64,000 bases of DNA from Candidatus Saccharimonadales bacterium. GTDB lineage: Bacteria; Patescibacteriota; Saccharimonadia; Saccharimonadales; SZUA-47. Where the stretch lies: NCBI GenBank assembly GCA_041737385.1, contig JBGSRU010000005.1, forward strand, positions 128 to 64,127, written 5' to 3'. Shown here one piece after another: positions 39,316 to 49,229 of this stretch (within the stretch, counting starts at the first letter, position 1; each line of letters starts with the position of its first letter). A program made the translations under genes and the position numbers. The notes under the pieces were generated by a model, which saw only the letters and a program-made list of their open reading frames with translations, was not told the DNA's origin and did not search any database.

Positions 39316-40926
39316 ATGATTAAAAAGAAACATTTTTTGTTCACATGGTTAGCTATGGTAGCTGCATTTGTAGTATCACTATTGTTACTTAGTTTATCTA
39401 CCCAAGCTCAGTCGTCGTCAAGCTTTATTACGACATGGAAAACAGATAATCCGGGCGGCTCGGGAAGAAATCAGATTACGATACCAGTTAACGAGAACGA
39501 AGACTATGACTATACAGTTGAGTGGGGTGACGGCCAGTCTGATGCTGGAGTAGGCGGAACAATAACGCACACATACGCGGTGCCCGGCGTCTATACAGTA
39601 AAAATACAGGGGACATTTCCTAGAATACAGTTTTCAAATATGGGAGACAAATACAAGATTCTATCAGTCGAGCAGTGGGGTGATATCGTCTGGTCGTCAG
39701 CAGAATCAGCGTTTGATGGTGCGAGCAATTTGGTAATCAACGCTGTAGACGCACCAAATCTCTCACAAGTTCGGAATGCTTCTTATATGTTCAGAAATGC
39801 AAAGTCGGTTAACGGAGGATTTGAAAATTGGAATACAGGCTCTATTCAAGTGTTCTCTCGTATGTTCTCAGGCGCAACTTCTTTTAACGGTAATATCTCA
39901 TCGTGGAATATGTCGCAAGCATTTAATACAGAGTATATGTTCAGTCAAGCTATTGCGTTCAACCAGAATATTAACGCATGGAACATGGAAAATATTGGTG
40001 TTATGCGCGGCATGTTTTCAGGGGCAATATCGTTTAACCAGACTGTAGATAGCTGGAATTTGAGTCGTGTATTCAATGTAGAAGATGTTTTTAGAAACGC
40101 AGCTTCTTACGACAAATCATTTGGTAATTGGAACATCGGTTCTATCCAGTATATAAATGGTCTCCTAAGTGGGGCTTCACTATCAACTGATCAATATGAC
40201 ATCATGCTGCAGACGTGGAGGCAAAACCAAACAGCACGAAACCTCGTTATAAATGCTGGCAGAAGTACATACTGTCAGAGTTCAGAGGCGCGTGACTATC
40301 TTATCAACACGTTAGGATGGACAATCACTGATGGCGGTGCAGATAATGTTTTCTGTGGTGCCGTTGAGGTTAACTTCATTGGCGTGCCATATATAGAAGA
40401 GAGTGTACCAGTTAATACATTTATCAGTGAGCTTACTGTCTCTGCATCTATAAATGGTGATTTTACGCTTTCGTTAAACTGTAGTAACGGCTCTCCCGAC
40501 ACGAGCTTCTTCACACTGCGAGATAATAAACTATATACAAATGCCTTGTTCGATTACGAAAACCCTCTAGATGAGAATACAGATAACTCCTATGAGATAT
40601 GTATACTAGTGTCAAACAGTACAGGCCAGAGTGCTGAAAAGTATGTTCTTGTAGCAGTTGGTGATATAGATGATAACGGCCAAAATTTTAGTGGCCCAGT
40701 CACTGGGAATAACGGTTCTCAGCAAAATGGTAACCAGGGACAGACACTTGGTGGTCAAACAGAAAACAATGCTGGCGAGGGTGGTCGTGTGCTTGGTGCA
40801 GTTTTGGCAGCAACAGGAGCTGCAGTTGGACTGCTTGGAATTTATATCGGATTACTTTTGAGTGGTGTAACTATATTTGGTTTTCCTAAAAGAAAGCTGC
40901 CAGAAAAACTGCGCCTAAGAAAATAG
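39316..40926 (+). CDS. BspA-type surface protein (DUF285 repeats) with cadherin-like region and sortase-type C-terminal signal
   Basis: Signal peptide. FITTWKTDNPG...ITIP..YTVEWGDG. Repeated F..A.SFN..IS.WN. C-terminal LAATG followed by a hydrophobic stretch and a KRK..RLRK tail. Confidence 0.75.
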   Translation: MIKKKHFLFTWLAMVAAFVVSLLLLSLSTQAQSSSSFITTWKTDNPGGSGRNQITIPVNENEDYDYTVEWGDGQSDAGVGGTITHTYAVPGVYTVKIQGTFPRIQFSNMGDKYKILSVEQWGDIVWSSAESAFDGASNLVINAVDAPNLSQVRNASYMFRNAKSVNGGFENWNTGSIQVFSRMFSGATSFNGNISSWNMSQAFNTEYMFSQAIAFNQNINAWNMENIGVMRGMFSGAISFNQTVDSWNLSRVFNVEDVFRNAASYDKSFGNWNIGSIQYINGLLSGASLSTDQYDIMLQTWRQNQTARNLVINAGRSTYCQSSEARDYLINTLGWTITDGGADNVFCGAVEVNFIGVPYIEESVPVNTFISELTVSASINGDFTLSLNCSNGSPDTSFFTLRDNKLYTNALFDYENPLDENTDNSYEICILVSNSTGQSAEKYVLVAVGDIDDNGQNFSGPVTGNNGSQQNGNQGQTLGGQTENNAGEGGRVLGAVLAATGAAVGLLGIYIGLLLSGVTIFGFPKRKLPEKLRLRK

Positions 40927-40932
40927 TTATAT

Positions 40933-41265
40933 TTAATCTTGCTCGTTTTTATGCTTAATGCGTTTCGTGATGTTATCACTGAGCTGATGCTCCTGCGTTG
41001 ATAAGTACTTTGATCCAATACTAGTAAGCGCTGTGATAACGACGCCAACGCCTATAAGAATATATACCGCTGTAAAGATGCGTGAACTATCGGTCGTTGG
41101 ATGAATATCACCATAGCCAACTGTAGTTAATGTGGCTACTGAAAAATAAAAACTTTCTGCCCAAGACCAATCTTCTAGCAACCTAAAAGCCCACGTTCCG
41201 AATCCAATAAGCGCAGCTATGGAGAATACTGCGGATAAAACTGAAGTGCGTACTTTTGGAAACAT
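40933..41265 (-). CDS. two-TM potassium channel
   Basis: Selectivity filter TTVGYGD between two TM helices. Confidence 0.8.
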   Translation of the reverse strand: MFPKVRTSVLSAVFSIAALIGFGTWAFRLLEDWSWAESFYFSVATLTTVGYGDIHPTTDSSRIFTAVYILIGVGVVITALTSIGSKYLSTQEHQLSDNITKRIKHKNEQD

Positions 41266-41289
41266 ACTTATAGTTTACAGTACGCGTAG

Positions 41290-42063
41290 TTACTTGTTCG
41301 TAAAACGACCTTTTAAGCTGAAATCACTAGGGATAATATATATTGGTGAATTGTTTGACGATAGATCATGGCTATAGGCAAAACCGTCTTGGTTATATTT
41401 CTTCACGTCATTTGGATCATTGATTTTGTTATCTATACACCATCGGGCTAGAGAACCTCTTCCGTATTTCGCAAACAAACCTTTTTCTTTGATGCCATCT
41501 TTTGTTTTCTGCATAAAGCGCGGAGTGATTATTTGCGCATCTTCAGATAGGTGTGGAGTAATCGCTTTCGTGTATTCAGGGCTCGCACACATGAGGAGTA
41601 TTTGACCGTCAACATATTGCGCTAAATCGTTTCCCCAGAAACCGTATAGAGTTTGGTTTTTCTTTGGAGAAAAGGGAAGCTTCATTTCTAGTCGGTACGG
41701 CTGAACTTCGTCAAGAGGTCGCAACAGCCCATACAATCCACTTAGAATAAGTATGTGTTTTTGAGCGTATGGAATGTCATCTTTTTGCAATGAGTAGGCA
41801 TTAATCCCATTATAAAGATCACCACCATACATCCACAACGCGGCTCTTTTTTTGGCTACGTTCCACGACTGAAACCGCTCATAATTTAGTTCAGCTAAGA
41901 CGTCACTGATTTGCAGCGTTTTTTTTAACTTTTTCTGGTTTAGGGTTTGAAGTTTTGCTACCAATAGATCAGTTTTATCAGAAAAAAGCGGAGAAGACAT
42001 CGTGAGGTCATCTGGCTGACTCTGTTTCATAACAGACTTACTGGGTGATAGTAGTATGAGCAT
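41290..42063 (-). CDS. yaaA: YaaA/UPF0246 peroxide-stress family protein
   Basis: MLILLSPSKS N-terminus. YGLLRP and SLARWCI resemble family motifs. I prefer the ATG at 42063 over the TTG at 42075. Confidence 0.75.
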   Translation of the reverse strand: MLILLSPSKSVMKQSQPDDLTMSSPLFSDKTDLLVAKLQTLNQKKLKKTLQISDVLAELNYERFQSWNVAKKRAALWMYGGDLYNGINAYSLQKDDIPYAQKHILILSGLYGLLRPLDEVQPYRLEMKLPFSPKKNQTLYGFWGNDLAQYVDGQILLMCASPEYTKAITPHLSEDAQIITPRFMQKTKDGIKEKGLFAKYGRGSLARWCIDNKINDPNDVKKYNQDGFAYSHDLSSNNSPIYIIPSDFSLKGRFTNK

Positions 42064-42108
42064 TGGTAGCTTCAAGTATAGCGCTTCTATTGGATAGTTG
42101 TGAAAAGT

Positions 42109-42327
42109 CTATGAAGTGACTATTTTTTGCCAGCTACCCGTACCTGTTTGTTCGTAGGTCTGCTTAACTGCTGACCAAGCAATTCTATGAGCAATTCCTT
42201 TAGAATCAGGTTCGCTTTTGTGGTCTTCGAAAGCATTATTATAGGTACTCAAGTAAATCTCTTGCGCATGTAGCGGTAAATTATCTCCTACACCTTTTGG
42301 CAATGATTGCAGGTTTTTATATTTCAT
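42109..42327 (-). CDS. ChaB-family protein
   Basis: LPxHAQEIY..YNNAF and AHRIAWSAVKQ.Y motifs. Confidence 0.65.
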   Translation of the reverse strand: MKYKNLQSLPKGVGDNLPLHAQEIYLSTYNNAFEDHKSEPDSKGIAHRIAWSAVKQTYEQTGTGSWQKIVTS

Positions 42328-42328
42328 T

Positions 42329-42649
42329 CTATCTCCTTTTTTTTGCTACTTCTCTTTGTGGTGTCACTAGGTCGATGACGTAGAAAGCTAGTATACCAAT
42401 TATTGAGTACACCATTAACGCAAAAATTGTAGAAAATTCAATCACAAATCCGTCTAGGTTGGTCGTAGGGAAAATACCTCGGAATGGTCCTAAGATTTCT
42501 GCAGACGACTCGTATATCCAGTTTACAAATCCGTTACCTGTATTCGCTCCAAAAAGCTTTAATATAAAACGTAGCCCTAGTATCACTCCTACTATTGTTA
42601 ACATAAAATTTACAATTCCTTTTGCAAAATATTCTAAATCGTATTTCAT
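42329..42649 (-). CDS. YggT-like small membrane protein
   Basis: Two TM segments and a LRFILKLF..N motif. Tentative. Confidence 0.45.
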   Translation of the reverse strand: MKYDLEYFAKGIVNFMLTIVGVILGLRFILKLFGANTGNGFVNWIYESSAEILGPFRGIFPTTNLDGFVIEFSTIFALMVYSIIGILAFYVIDLVTPQREVAKKRR

Positions 42650-42939
42650 TATTCCATTCTCCTTGGTTTATCTACCGCTGATTCATTAATAAATTTTCGC
42701 CCGAGCCGTTGTTGCAGTTTCTCGACTACTCTAATTCTTCGAATTTTATTACGCTCTTTTCTTAGGCTGCGTTTAAGCTTCCGTTTTTCGTTTGATTCAG
42801 TAACTTTCTTGCGTGCAGTTTCAATAACAAAGTCAGATAGTCTCCTTCTTTTGTTTCGCCTTGAAGTGGAAATCTCGGGGCTTCTTTGATCCTCACTGTT
42901 ACGGTCAATGCTATCGATTCCTGTAGGTTGCGATTCCAT
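42649..42939 (-). CDS. highly basic hypothetical protein
   Basis: 96 aa, K/R-rich. Start and stop are coupled to neighbouring genes. Confidence 0.4.
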   Translation of the reverse strand: MESQPTGIDSIDRNSEDQRSPEISTSRRNKRRRLSDFVIETARKKVTESNEKRKLKRSLRKERNKIRRIRVVEKLQQRLGRKFINESAVDKPRRME

Positions 42940-42941
42940 AA

Positions 42942-43190
42942 TTATTTCGCTAGTTTACCGACAACAAATAGCGTTAGTGTTGCTCCGCCGACTGCGACCA
43001 AGAAACTATATAGGTTGAACCCAGTGATTCCAGTTCCACCAATTACGTTCGCAATAAATCCACCAACGAATGCTCCAACCATACCAAAAATGATATTTCC
43101 AACAATTCCTTGCTCTGCATTATTGCCCGCAATCATTGATGCTACCCATCCTGCAAGACCGCCAAATATGATAAATGATAGTAATCCCAT
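42942..43190 (-). CDS. GlsB/YeaQ/YmgE (transglycosylase-associated) stress membrane protein
   Basis: GLLSFIIFGGLAGWVA..I and glycine-zipper TM segments. Confidence 0.8.
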   Translation of the reverse strand: MGLLSFIIFGGLAGWVASMIAGNNAEQGIVGNIIFGMVGAFVGGFIANVIGGTGITGFNLYSFLVAVGGATLTLFVVGKLAK

Positions 43191-43297
43191 GTTGCTTATC
43201 TCCTTATAGTTAGTATCGTACTTATATCTTACCCCTAGTAAAAAAATAGTGCAGTTTTCTATATAACTTTCTCTGTGACATACTTACTACAAAGGAT

Positions 43298-43951
43298 ATG
43301 TTAGAAATGCAACAACCCATGGATATAGACCAAGTGTTTTCTGAGGCTCATTTGAGAAGCTATTCAAAGGGTCAGATTATGCTTTATCAAGGTGAAAAAA
43401 CGCAGCAGGTATTCCAGATTAGAAAAGGCTACGTAAAAGTATATGATATTACTTCCCATGGTTCAGAAAAACTAGTACTTATACTAGGGGAGAACGATAT
43501 CTTTCCGTTAGTTTGGACGTTTAGAAAATCTGATACAGTTCGCTACTTTTACGAGACACTAGATGATGCCGAGATCTGTGTAATTGACCGAGCGACGATG
43601 ATCAGTGGGATCAGGAAAAGCCATGAGCTTACGGTGCATTTACTAGAGTATTTTGCAGACAGGACGAGTGAACTGATGTATAGGATTGATTGCATTGAAG
43701 CATCGAGTGCAAAGCATAAAGTTGCGCAGGTGCTGATGTATTTAGCAAATTCTCACGGTGAAGAAATTGCAAACTGCACTTATAATATACGAATACCGAT
43801 GACGCATCAATCTGTTGCTGATATGGCGGGAATCAACAGAACAACCGCGAGCTTGCAGCTTAACGAACTTGAAGACGAAAAAATCTACAAGGACACTAAG
43901 AGTGGTTTTGTCATTCACACAGATAGAATACTGAAGTTTCTAGAGAATTAA
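43298..43951 (+). CDS. Crp/Fnr-family transcriptional regulator
   Basis: cNMP-binding beta-roll followed by a C-terminal HTH (THQSVADMAGINRTTASLQLNEL). Confidence 0.85.
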   Translation: MLEMQQPMDIDQVFSEAHLRSYSKGQIMLYQGEKTQQVFQIRKGYVKVYDITSHGSEKLVLILGENDIFPLVWTFRKSDTVRYFYETLDDAEICVIDRATMISGIRKSHELTVHLLEYFADRTSELMYRIDCIEASSAKHKVAQVLMYLANSHGEEIANCTYNIRIPMTHQSVADMAGINRTTASLQLNELEDEKIYKDTKSGFVIHTDRILKFLEN

Positions 43952-44601
43952 GCAACTAAACTGCGAATCACTTTGCCTGCTTCGTGCAGGCTTGCTACAA
44001 CAAATGCGGGATTTTCTGCTGTCGGTCTACTAGACGGAAGCTCTGGTCTAAAGTTTATTTCTACGAAATTAGCTGGTAAATGTTGATCGGGTTTATCATC
44101 TACCAAAACTCCAGTTTCGTGAGGGTGATTTAACTCTAAAAATTCCCTTTTTCTCTCCATTGTTGTAAAAACGGGAATAGTACCTAGTCTTCCATCGCCT
44201 AGTTGTGCTAATTTTGGCATAATTTTGGCTCTTTGATAACGCTTTTCGCCGAACGAGAGAATTCTAGGCTGAAACCCATCGTCTATCAGCTCAGTCATAA
44301 ATGAAACAGAATCTGGATATAAATAGTCGGTTTCCTTAAAAAGATCTTCTAATTTTCGCCACATTGGCTCTGGATCAAGTTCATAAGAGCGCATATGACC
44401 CTCAAAATCATAGCCACCAAGAGGACTAGGGTTCGTATTAACATCTATCACAACTTGTTCAAGGTGGACTCCAGAGGCTTCGGCAATCATTGCACTTAAG
44501 TGATCAATGTTTCTTGTTGTATCACCGAGCGTCCAGTCCCAATCGATATAAACTGCTAATTGTTCCGGTGATGCGACTTTCTGAGGGATTTGAACATTCA
44601 T
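43948..44601 (-). CDS. HAD-like hydrolase (tentative)
   Basis: DWDWT looks like HAD motif I (DxDxT). The start is reassigned to the ATG at 44601, which sits 6 nt downstream of TGTGTTATAAT (leaderless geometry). Confidence 0.5.
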   Translation of the reverse strand: MNVQIPQKVASPEQLAVYIDWDWTLGDTTRNIDHLSAMIAEASGVHLEQVVIDVNTNPSPLGGYDFEGHMRSYELDPEPMWRKLEDLFKETDYLYPDSVSFMTELIDDGFQPRILSFGEKRYQRAKIMPKLAQLGDGRLGTIPVFTTMERKREFLELNHPHETGVLVDDKPDQHLPANFVEINFRPELPSSRPTAENPAFVVASLHEAGKVIRSLVA

Positions 44602-44697
44602 AATATTATTATAACACATAATTGTATTAATTAAAATGCTAATCCTGTTAATTTTCGCTTGATTTGTTTGCATTAATCACAGAAATTAAACACTAAT

Positions 44698-44853
44698 ATG
44701 AGTAATGAATTTTCTTTATTTAAAAATAGTTTCAATGAGCCAACGAAAGAACGGTTATTTGATGTATGTAAAATCATGAATGATTGCTTACCTAATGCAT
44801 ATGAGAAAATTGCTTACGGTGTACCAACGATCTATAACAAAAATGGTTCATAA
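44698..44853 (+). pseudogene. truncated DUF1801/YdhG-like gene fragment (51 codons)
   Basis: Hand translation gives MSNEFSLFKNSFNEPTKERLFDVCKIMNDCLPNAYEKIAYGVPTIYNKNGS*. This looks like the N-terminal half of a protein of about 120 aa. Tentative. Confidence 0.35.
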
Positions 44854-44937
44854 ATTAGCAATAAATACGTAGGATCCGATAGCATTTATGGTGATGAATC
44901 AGATACACTACGCTAAAAGGCAAGTATAAGGTGCAGC

Positions 44938-45246
44938 CTACGGCTTAACTTTATCTATGAGGACTTTTTGCTGCCAATCGCTTGGTTTTTTGTCAGATCG
45001 ATGTATGCAACCAACCCAACAACATGGTCGCCGCTTTCCTTCTTGTAGCTCCTCGACAGTTCTTTGAACCCTTCGTGCTCTTGTTTTTTCCTGCTTTGCA
45101 TTTTCAACCCAACAGATAAATTCATTGCGAGCTAGTGTAGTGATATCTTCCCAAAGTAGTAAAACCTCTTCGCTGCTTTTTAACGCTTTGCGCAAATCTT
45201 CAGGAAGTTTGTGTGCAGTACCCTCTGATATTTTTTGTGTAGACAT
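44938..45246 (-). CDS. YdeI/OmpD-associated (OmdA) family protein
   Basis: LP.DL..AL.......W..LT...R.EFI.WV..AK..ETR.RR pattern. Confidence 0.65.
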   Translation of the reverse strand: MSTQKISEGTAHKLPEDLRKALKSSEEVLLLWEDITTLARNEFICWVENAKQEKTRARRVQRTVEELQEGKRRPCCWVGCIHRSDKKPSDWQQKVLIDKVKP

Positions 45247-45431
45247 ATTGGTACTATCTCATACACCCTAAACTTAGTCTATTGAACCAGTGTAGATACT
45301 ACAGGTTATCTCAGTTTTGGCGTACAAGATAGCTATCAGCGGAAGATGCTAGCATTCACATACGTTAAGACTGTTTATATAATATAATTCTAGTTCTGAA
45401 ACGCGACTATCAAAAATATAATTCGTCCATT

Positions 45432-45863
45432 TTATATGTGTAATGGTTGCGCACTCAAGCATTTTTGACAGTGACCGCGTAGCTCAATAGAGTGTTGTGT
45501 TAGCTTGAAACCTTCATTTACTTCTAGTTCGTGGAGATTGTTTTCTAGCTTGCTACTATTGACGCTTGTTGTTTCAGCACAAATTATGCAAGTGAAATGA
45601 TGATGATGTGGCGAGAAAGCTTCGCTGAGCTCTATACTGCTTTTGAATCCAGACCACACACGCTGTACGATACCAACTTTTTCAAACAGGTCTATGGTGC
45701 GGTATATGCTCACTTTGTCAACTTCATGCAATTGAGTAGCAAGCTGGGTTGTCGTTATCGGGTGGTCTATCGCGAGTAATGCTTCAAATATTTTTACACG
45801 TGGCTTCGTCACACTGTGATTGTTGGCGATAAGTAGATTTTTGAATCTTTTTACATGTTCCAT
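45432..45863 (-). CDS. Fur-family metalloregulator (Zur/PerR-like)
   Basis: Winged helix, an HHHHF.C..C motif and a C-terminal CQKC (structural Zn site). Confidence 0.85.
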   Translation of the reverse strand: MEHVKRFKNLLIANNHSVTKPRVKIFEALLAIDHPITTTQLATQLHEVDKVSIYRTIDLFEKVGIVQRVWSGFKSSIELSEAFSPHHHHFTCIICAETTSVNSSKLENNLHELEVNEGFKLTQHSIELRGHCQKCLSAQPLHI

Positions 45864-45880
45864 GTTTCAAAATATATCAT

Positions 45881-45901
45881 TATTGCAACTAATTTGCAAT
45901 A
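45881..45901. promoter_or_regulatory. inverted repeat TATTGCAA-N5-TTGCAATA in the Fur-divergent intergenic region (candidate Fur-family box)
   Basis: tattgcaactaatttgcaata, AT-rich. Lies between the fur-like start (45863) and the downstream plus-strand gene. Confidence 0.45.
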
Positions 45902-45902
45902 A

Positions 45903-46742
45903 ATGCATACAACATGGTTATATGGACGAATGAAAACAATTGAATTAAATCAAATAGCAGACACAGGTAAAGCTTTTCAAGCAAAAGCTGCTGCTGAGTT
46001 TGGAGCTAATGAAACAGCTCCGAGTATCATTATAGCTACGAAACAAGAACTATTTGTCGCAGGATTAACTGGCGTCGGAGCTAGTGAAAGAATGCCTGGC
46101 TCAAGAATTATCCCTATTGCACAAAACCTGGCTAGGCTTTCTGCAAATCCTGGCCGTGTGTTTGGCGTCATGAGAGACAAGAGTCTATTCCCGGCAGTTG
46201 TCACAAACCGCAGCACTAGCGATAAGCTTCACCTTACCTATTTGGCGGGGGTGGAAGACGTGCTTGACCCAGCTAATCCAGCACTTACAGATACACAAAA
46301 AGCACTACTTATAAAAACTAAAGCCTTGCAAGATCCCCGTCTCGGCACTCACGCTGCTGACGGTAATGGAGTTGGCGGCGAGTTTGGACATCAACAGCTT
46401 GGTATGATTGGTGTCCTTAACCCTAAACTGCTGTCGGGCGCTCATCCTGTGCATGGGTGGACAGAATCTGGAGGTGGCATAGCTGGTGCGGTGACGAATC
46501 CGACTAATGGGTCTTTGTACGACGTTACGTTACGCGACGGGGTTCGTGAAATACGCGAACCATCTGTCATTCTTACAGAAGGCGTATTAATTGATCATAA
46601 GGCATTTCACGAAGTTGATACTTTTGAGCTTGGTGCAACACCGCAAGAATTTGCTGCAGGGCTAGGAGTGATTGCTCTCGGATCTAGGCTGGGCAGCAGT
46701 AATGTTGAGGCACGCGCGATGGAGGCATTAAAGCATTTATGA
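45903..46742 (+). CDS. hypothetical protein (His/Gly-rich central region)
   Basis: 279-aa ORF with an alternative start at 45933 (MKTIELNQ). No family recognised. Confidence 0.5.
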   Translation: MHTTWLYGRMKTIELNQIADTGKAFQAKAAAEFGANETAPSIIIATKQELFVAGLTGVGASERMPGSRIIPIAQNLARLSANPGRVFGVMRDKSLFPAVVTNRSTSDKLHLTYLAGVEDVLDPANPALTDTQKALLIKTKALQDPRLGTHAADGNGVGGEFGHQQLGMIGVLNPKLLSGAHPVHGWTESGGGIAGAVTNPTNGSLYDVTLRDGVREIREPSVILTEGVLIDHKAFHEVDTFELGATPQEFAAGLGVIALGSRLGSSNVEARAMEALKHL

Positions 46743-47137
46743 TTATGAACCCTGAACATATTATAGATCCATTCGAACAGATACATCCAGCCGAGGAACT
46801 ATCAATGGAAGTGGCAGGATTTCTCGGCACACTTGATGATTTGTTTGAAGAGTTTAAGGGAGCTGCACCTGACCGTCGTAAAGACGAAGAGATTATGCAG
46901 ATGGTGAGAGGTGTTCATGACCAAGCCTCAGAATACTATTCTGTAGAAAATATTCAGATTCTTTCGTTGTTTGATCAAGTTTCTTTGCGCTTAGGTGAGA
47001 TGGCATGTAACCATGATCATTTTAGGCAGTCGCTTGAAGAGCACGGTGGACTGTCGTATGGTGGTATTGATGATCATAGTGACCACAACCATATCGACGA
47101 TGACGACAAAAAGAAGAAAAAGAAAAAGAAGAAATAA
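46739..47137 (+). CDS. acidic His-rich protein with poly-Lys tail
   Basis: ..CNHDHF..EEHGG..DDHSDHNHIDDDDKKKKKKKKK*. Overlaps the upstream stop by 4 nt. Confidence 0.5.
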   Translation: MIMNPEHIIDPFEQIHPAEELSMEVAGFLGTLDDLFEEFKGAAPDRRKDEEIMQMVRGVHDQASEYYSVENIQILSLFDQVSLRLGEMACNHDHFRQSLEEHGGLSYGGIDDHSDHNHIDDDDKKKKKKKKK

Positions 47138-48568
47138 CTACGGAAGCCAAACAAAGTTAATGCCCAAAAATTCTTCTAGCAATTCACCTTTAGCAACATC
47201 TATTAATTTCTGGTTGGTTTCTTTGCAAGCGCTTCTTTCGCCAATATCATCAAATCGACATTTTTCTGGGTTAGTTTGTACTGCAAGCAACGAATTATCG
47301 TAGCTTGGAGAAAAAGAACTGAGTGATTCGTTATTGTTGTTTGTCCAAAGTACTTCTTCTTCCCCATCCCAACTTGGGAGGAGGTTTATACTATTTTTCA
47401 CAGAATTTTGACTATATGATGAAATAGAATAAAATATTGTGTTAGTCTTTAGAATGACATTTTGTATATACCCATCGGTAATAAAATCAACAGCTGTTAC
47501 ATCTGAATTTTCAGTAGCGTAACGACTGAATCCGCCTGTGTCGCGAAACAATATTTCTGTAGTGTTCTCGTTGAACCCAAAAGATTCATTATGCGAGCCA
47601 ATTGGGATAGGCTCGTAGTCATTAAATGGATTAACAATATAAAAAACTTGTGATTCGTCCTGCACAAGCGCGACTTGTCCGTCAGTATCAAGCTGTAGCT
47701 CATAAGCTTTTAAAGGAGTATTTGGTTCTTTATTGAGCTGGAGAATCTCTTCGTTTTCAAGGTTAATGGAAAACACTCTATTAGCGTATATTTCGTAATA
47801 CTCAGAAGTCACTTTGTTATAATCTGGTACAACAGTAAACAATGCCGTTGCACTTCGTTTACTCAAAACTATTTTTGGAATTCTCCCATCCTGAGGCAGA
47901 TAAATCTGCTTTATAATTTTAGAAGTAGTGTCTATTGCGTACAAGTTGTCTTTTAATTCATCTTTAACGACAACTAGAGTATATGAACTATTTGCGACAA
48001 ACGATCTAATCTGAGGATAAGAAAAGATTATCTCTGGCTCTTTTCCAAGTTGTGCAATTTTTACATGATCATTAGCATCTGTTTCTGAAAACGATGAATC
48101 TATTGTAGGCCCGTAATTACGTTCCAAAAAAGCGTAACTAGGTACTTCAGTCTCAATTGTGTTTGTGTAAGCACTACGCATTTTTTTGCCTGACTTGTCT
48201 ATGATATCCGGAGATATATAGATCTCATACTTGGTATCATGCCGCAAATTATCGTTTAGCGTAATTAGTATACTCTGGGTAGTGGTCTGAGCAGTAAATG
48301 GAAGTTCAGGAGTGATTGATATGGATGATGAATAATCAGACTGCTCAAGCGGCCTATCAAAAACTATTCTAAAGGTACTATTTTGTGTTAAGGATGATTT
48401 TTCAATATCATCAATGAGCTCAATAAACCGTACTCTAGGACCGTGGTTGTAAAGAAACAATGAAGCGACGAAGATGCATCCGAAAAGAACCAAGCACAAA
48501 CTGATGATTGACCTCGTGTATGTATTAATTCGCATATGGATTTTTCGGCTGTTCAATTTTTGATACAT
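47138..48568 (-). CDS. membrane-anchored extracytoplasmic protein (Ig-like N-domain plus beta-rich domain)
   Basis: N-terminal TM segment. An SbsA/Big_5-like segment (FRIVFDRPL...ITP..). The last gene of the permease operon. Confidence 0.5.
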   Translation of the reverse strand: MYQKLNSRKIHMRINTYTRSIISLCLVLFGCIFVASLFLYNHGPRVRFIELIDDIEKSSLTQNSTFRIVFDRPLEQSDYSSSISITPELPFTAQTTTQSILITLNDNLRHDTKYEIYISPDIIDKSGKKMRSAYTNTIETEVPSYAFLERNYGPTIDSSFSETDANDHVKIAQLGKEPEIIFSYPQIRSFVANSSYTLVVVKDELKDNLYAIDTTSKIIKQIYLPQDGRIPKIVLSKRSATALFTVVPDYNKVTSEYYEIYANRVFSINLENEEILQLNKEPNTPLKAYELQLDTDGQVALVQDESQVFYIVNPFNDYEPIPIGSHNESFGFNENTTEILFRDTGGFSRYATENSDVTAVDFITDGYIQNVILKTNTIFYSISSYSQNSVKNSINLLPSWDGEEEVLWTNNNNESLSSFSPSYDNSLLAVQTNPEKCRFDDIGERSACKETNQKLIDVAKGELLEEFLGINFVWLP

Positions 48569-49229
48569 TGGTTGGTACGAGGACTAGTTCTTCGCCGTTA
48601 CTGGTATTCTGAACCATGAATTCACCCTCAATCTCAAGCCACTCATCTTCATTATATTGATTATTCCAGCCCTCTAACTTAACCGGAACACCAATAGGCT
48701 GCACATCAACTGCACAGCAAGTAAGAACGAAACGGGCAAGCCAGACAGTATCTTCGCCAAGTTTGGCATCATACAGAAACCCACTAATTTTTGCAGGCTT
48801 ATTTATGTAGTAGCTAGGATCGGTTTTAGTTGAAAGCAGCTGGCTCCAGTCTGCTAGTTTTAAGCCACGCGAAGAACCAGAAAAAAGACCACTTTTTGTA
48901 GATGAATTGACGATAGATCCAGCATCGGTCGATCGTTGAGATACTGTCGCAGATGTCAAAGATCGAGCTGGTAAAAGAACTGCAAACAATAATATTAGGC
49001 AGAGTGGTGCAATAGAGATAAGAGTACCAGAGTGGCTGTTGCTCTTGTGTTGTTTTAGATTAGTACTGTGAAAGCTTACCAACAACAGCGCGGCTACTGA
49101 CATGATAAGAGTAAATGCTATATATCGAGGATGTATGTATAGTCCCAATGATCCATTTGCGCCTAGATATAGAATGTAGACACTGCTTATGAGAAGCACA
49201 ACTGACTGGAGATTCTCCTTAAAACGCAT
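48525..49229 (-). CDS. TIGR03943/DUF1980-like membrane protein (partner of the DUF318 permease)
   Basis: Three N-terminal TM segments and a C-terminal soluble domain with FVLTCCAVD. Overlaps the permease gene. Confidence 0.55.
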   Translation of the reverse strand: MRFKENLQSVVLLISSVYILYLGANGSLGLYIHPRYIAFTLIMSVAALLLVSFHSTNLKQHKSNSHSGTLISIAPLCLILLFAVLLPARSLTSATVSQRSTDAGSIVNSSTKSGLFSGSSRGLKLADWSQLLSTKTDPSYYINKPAKISGFLYDAKLGEDTVWLARFVLTCCAVDVQPIGVPVKLEGWNNQYNEDEWLEIEGEFMVQNTSNGEELVLVPTNVSKIEQPKNPYAN

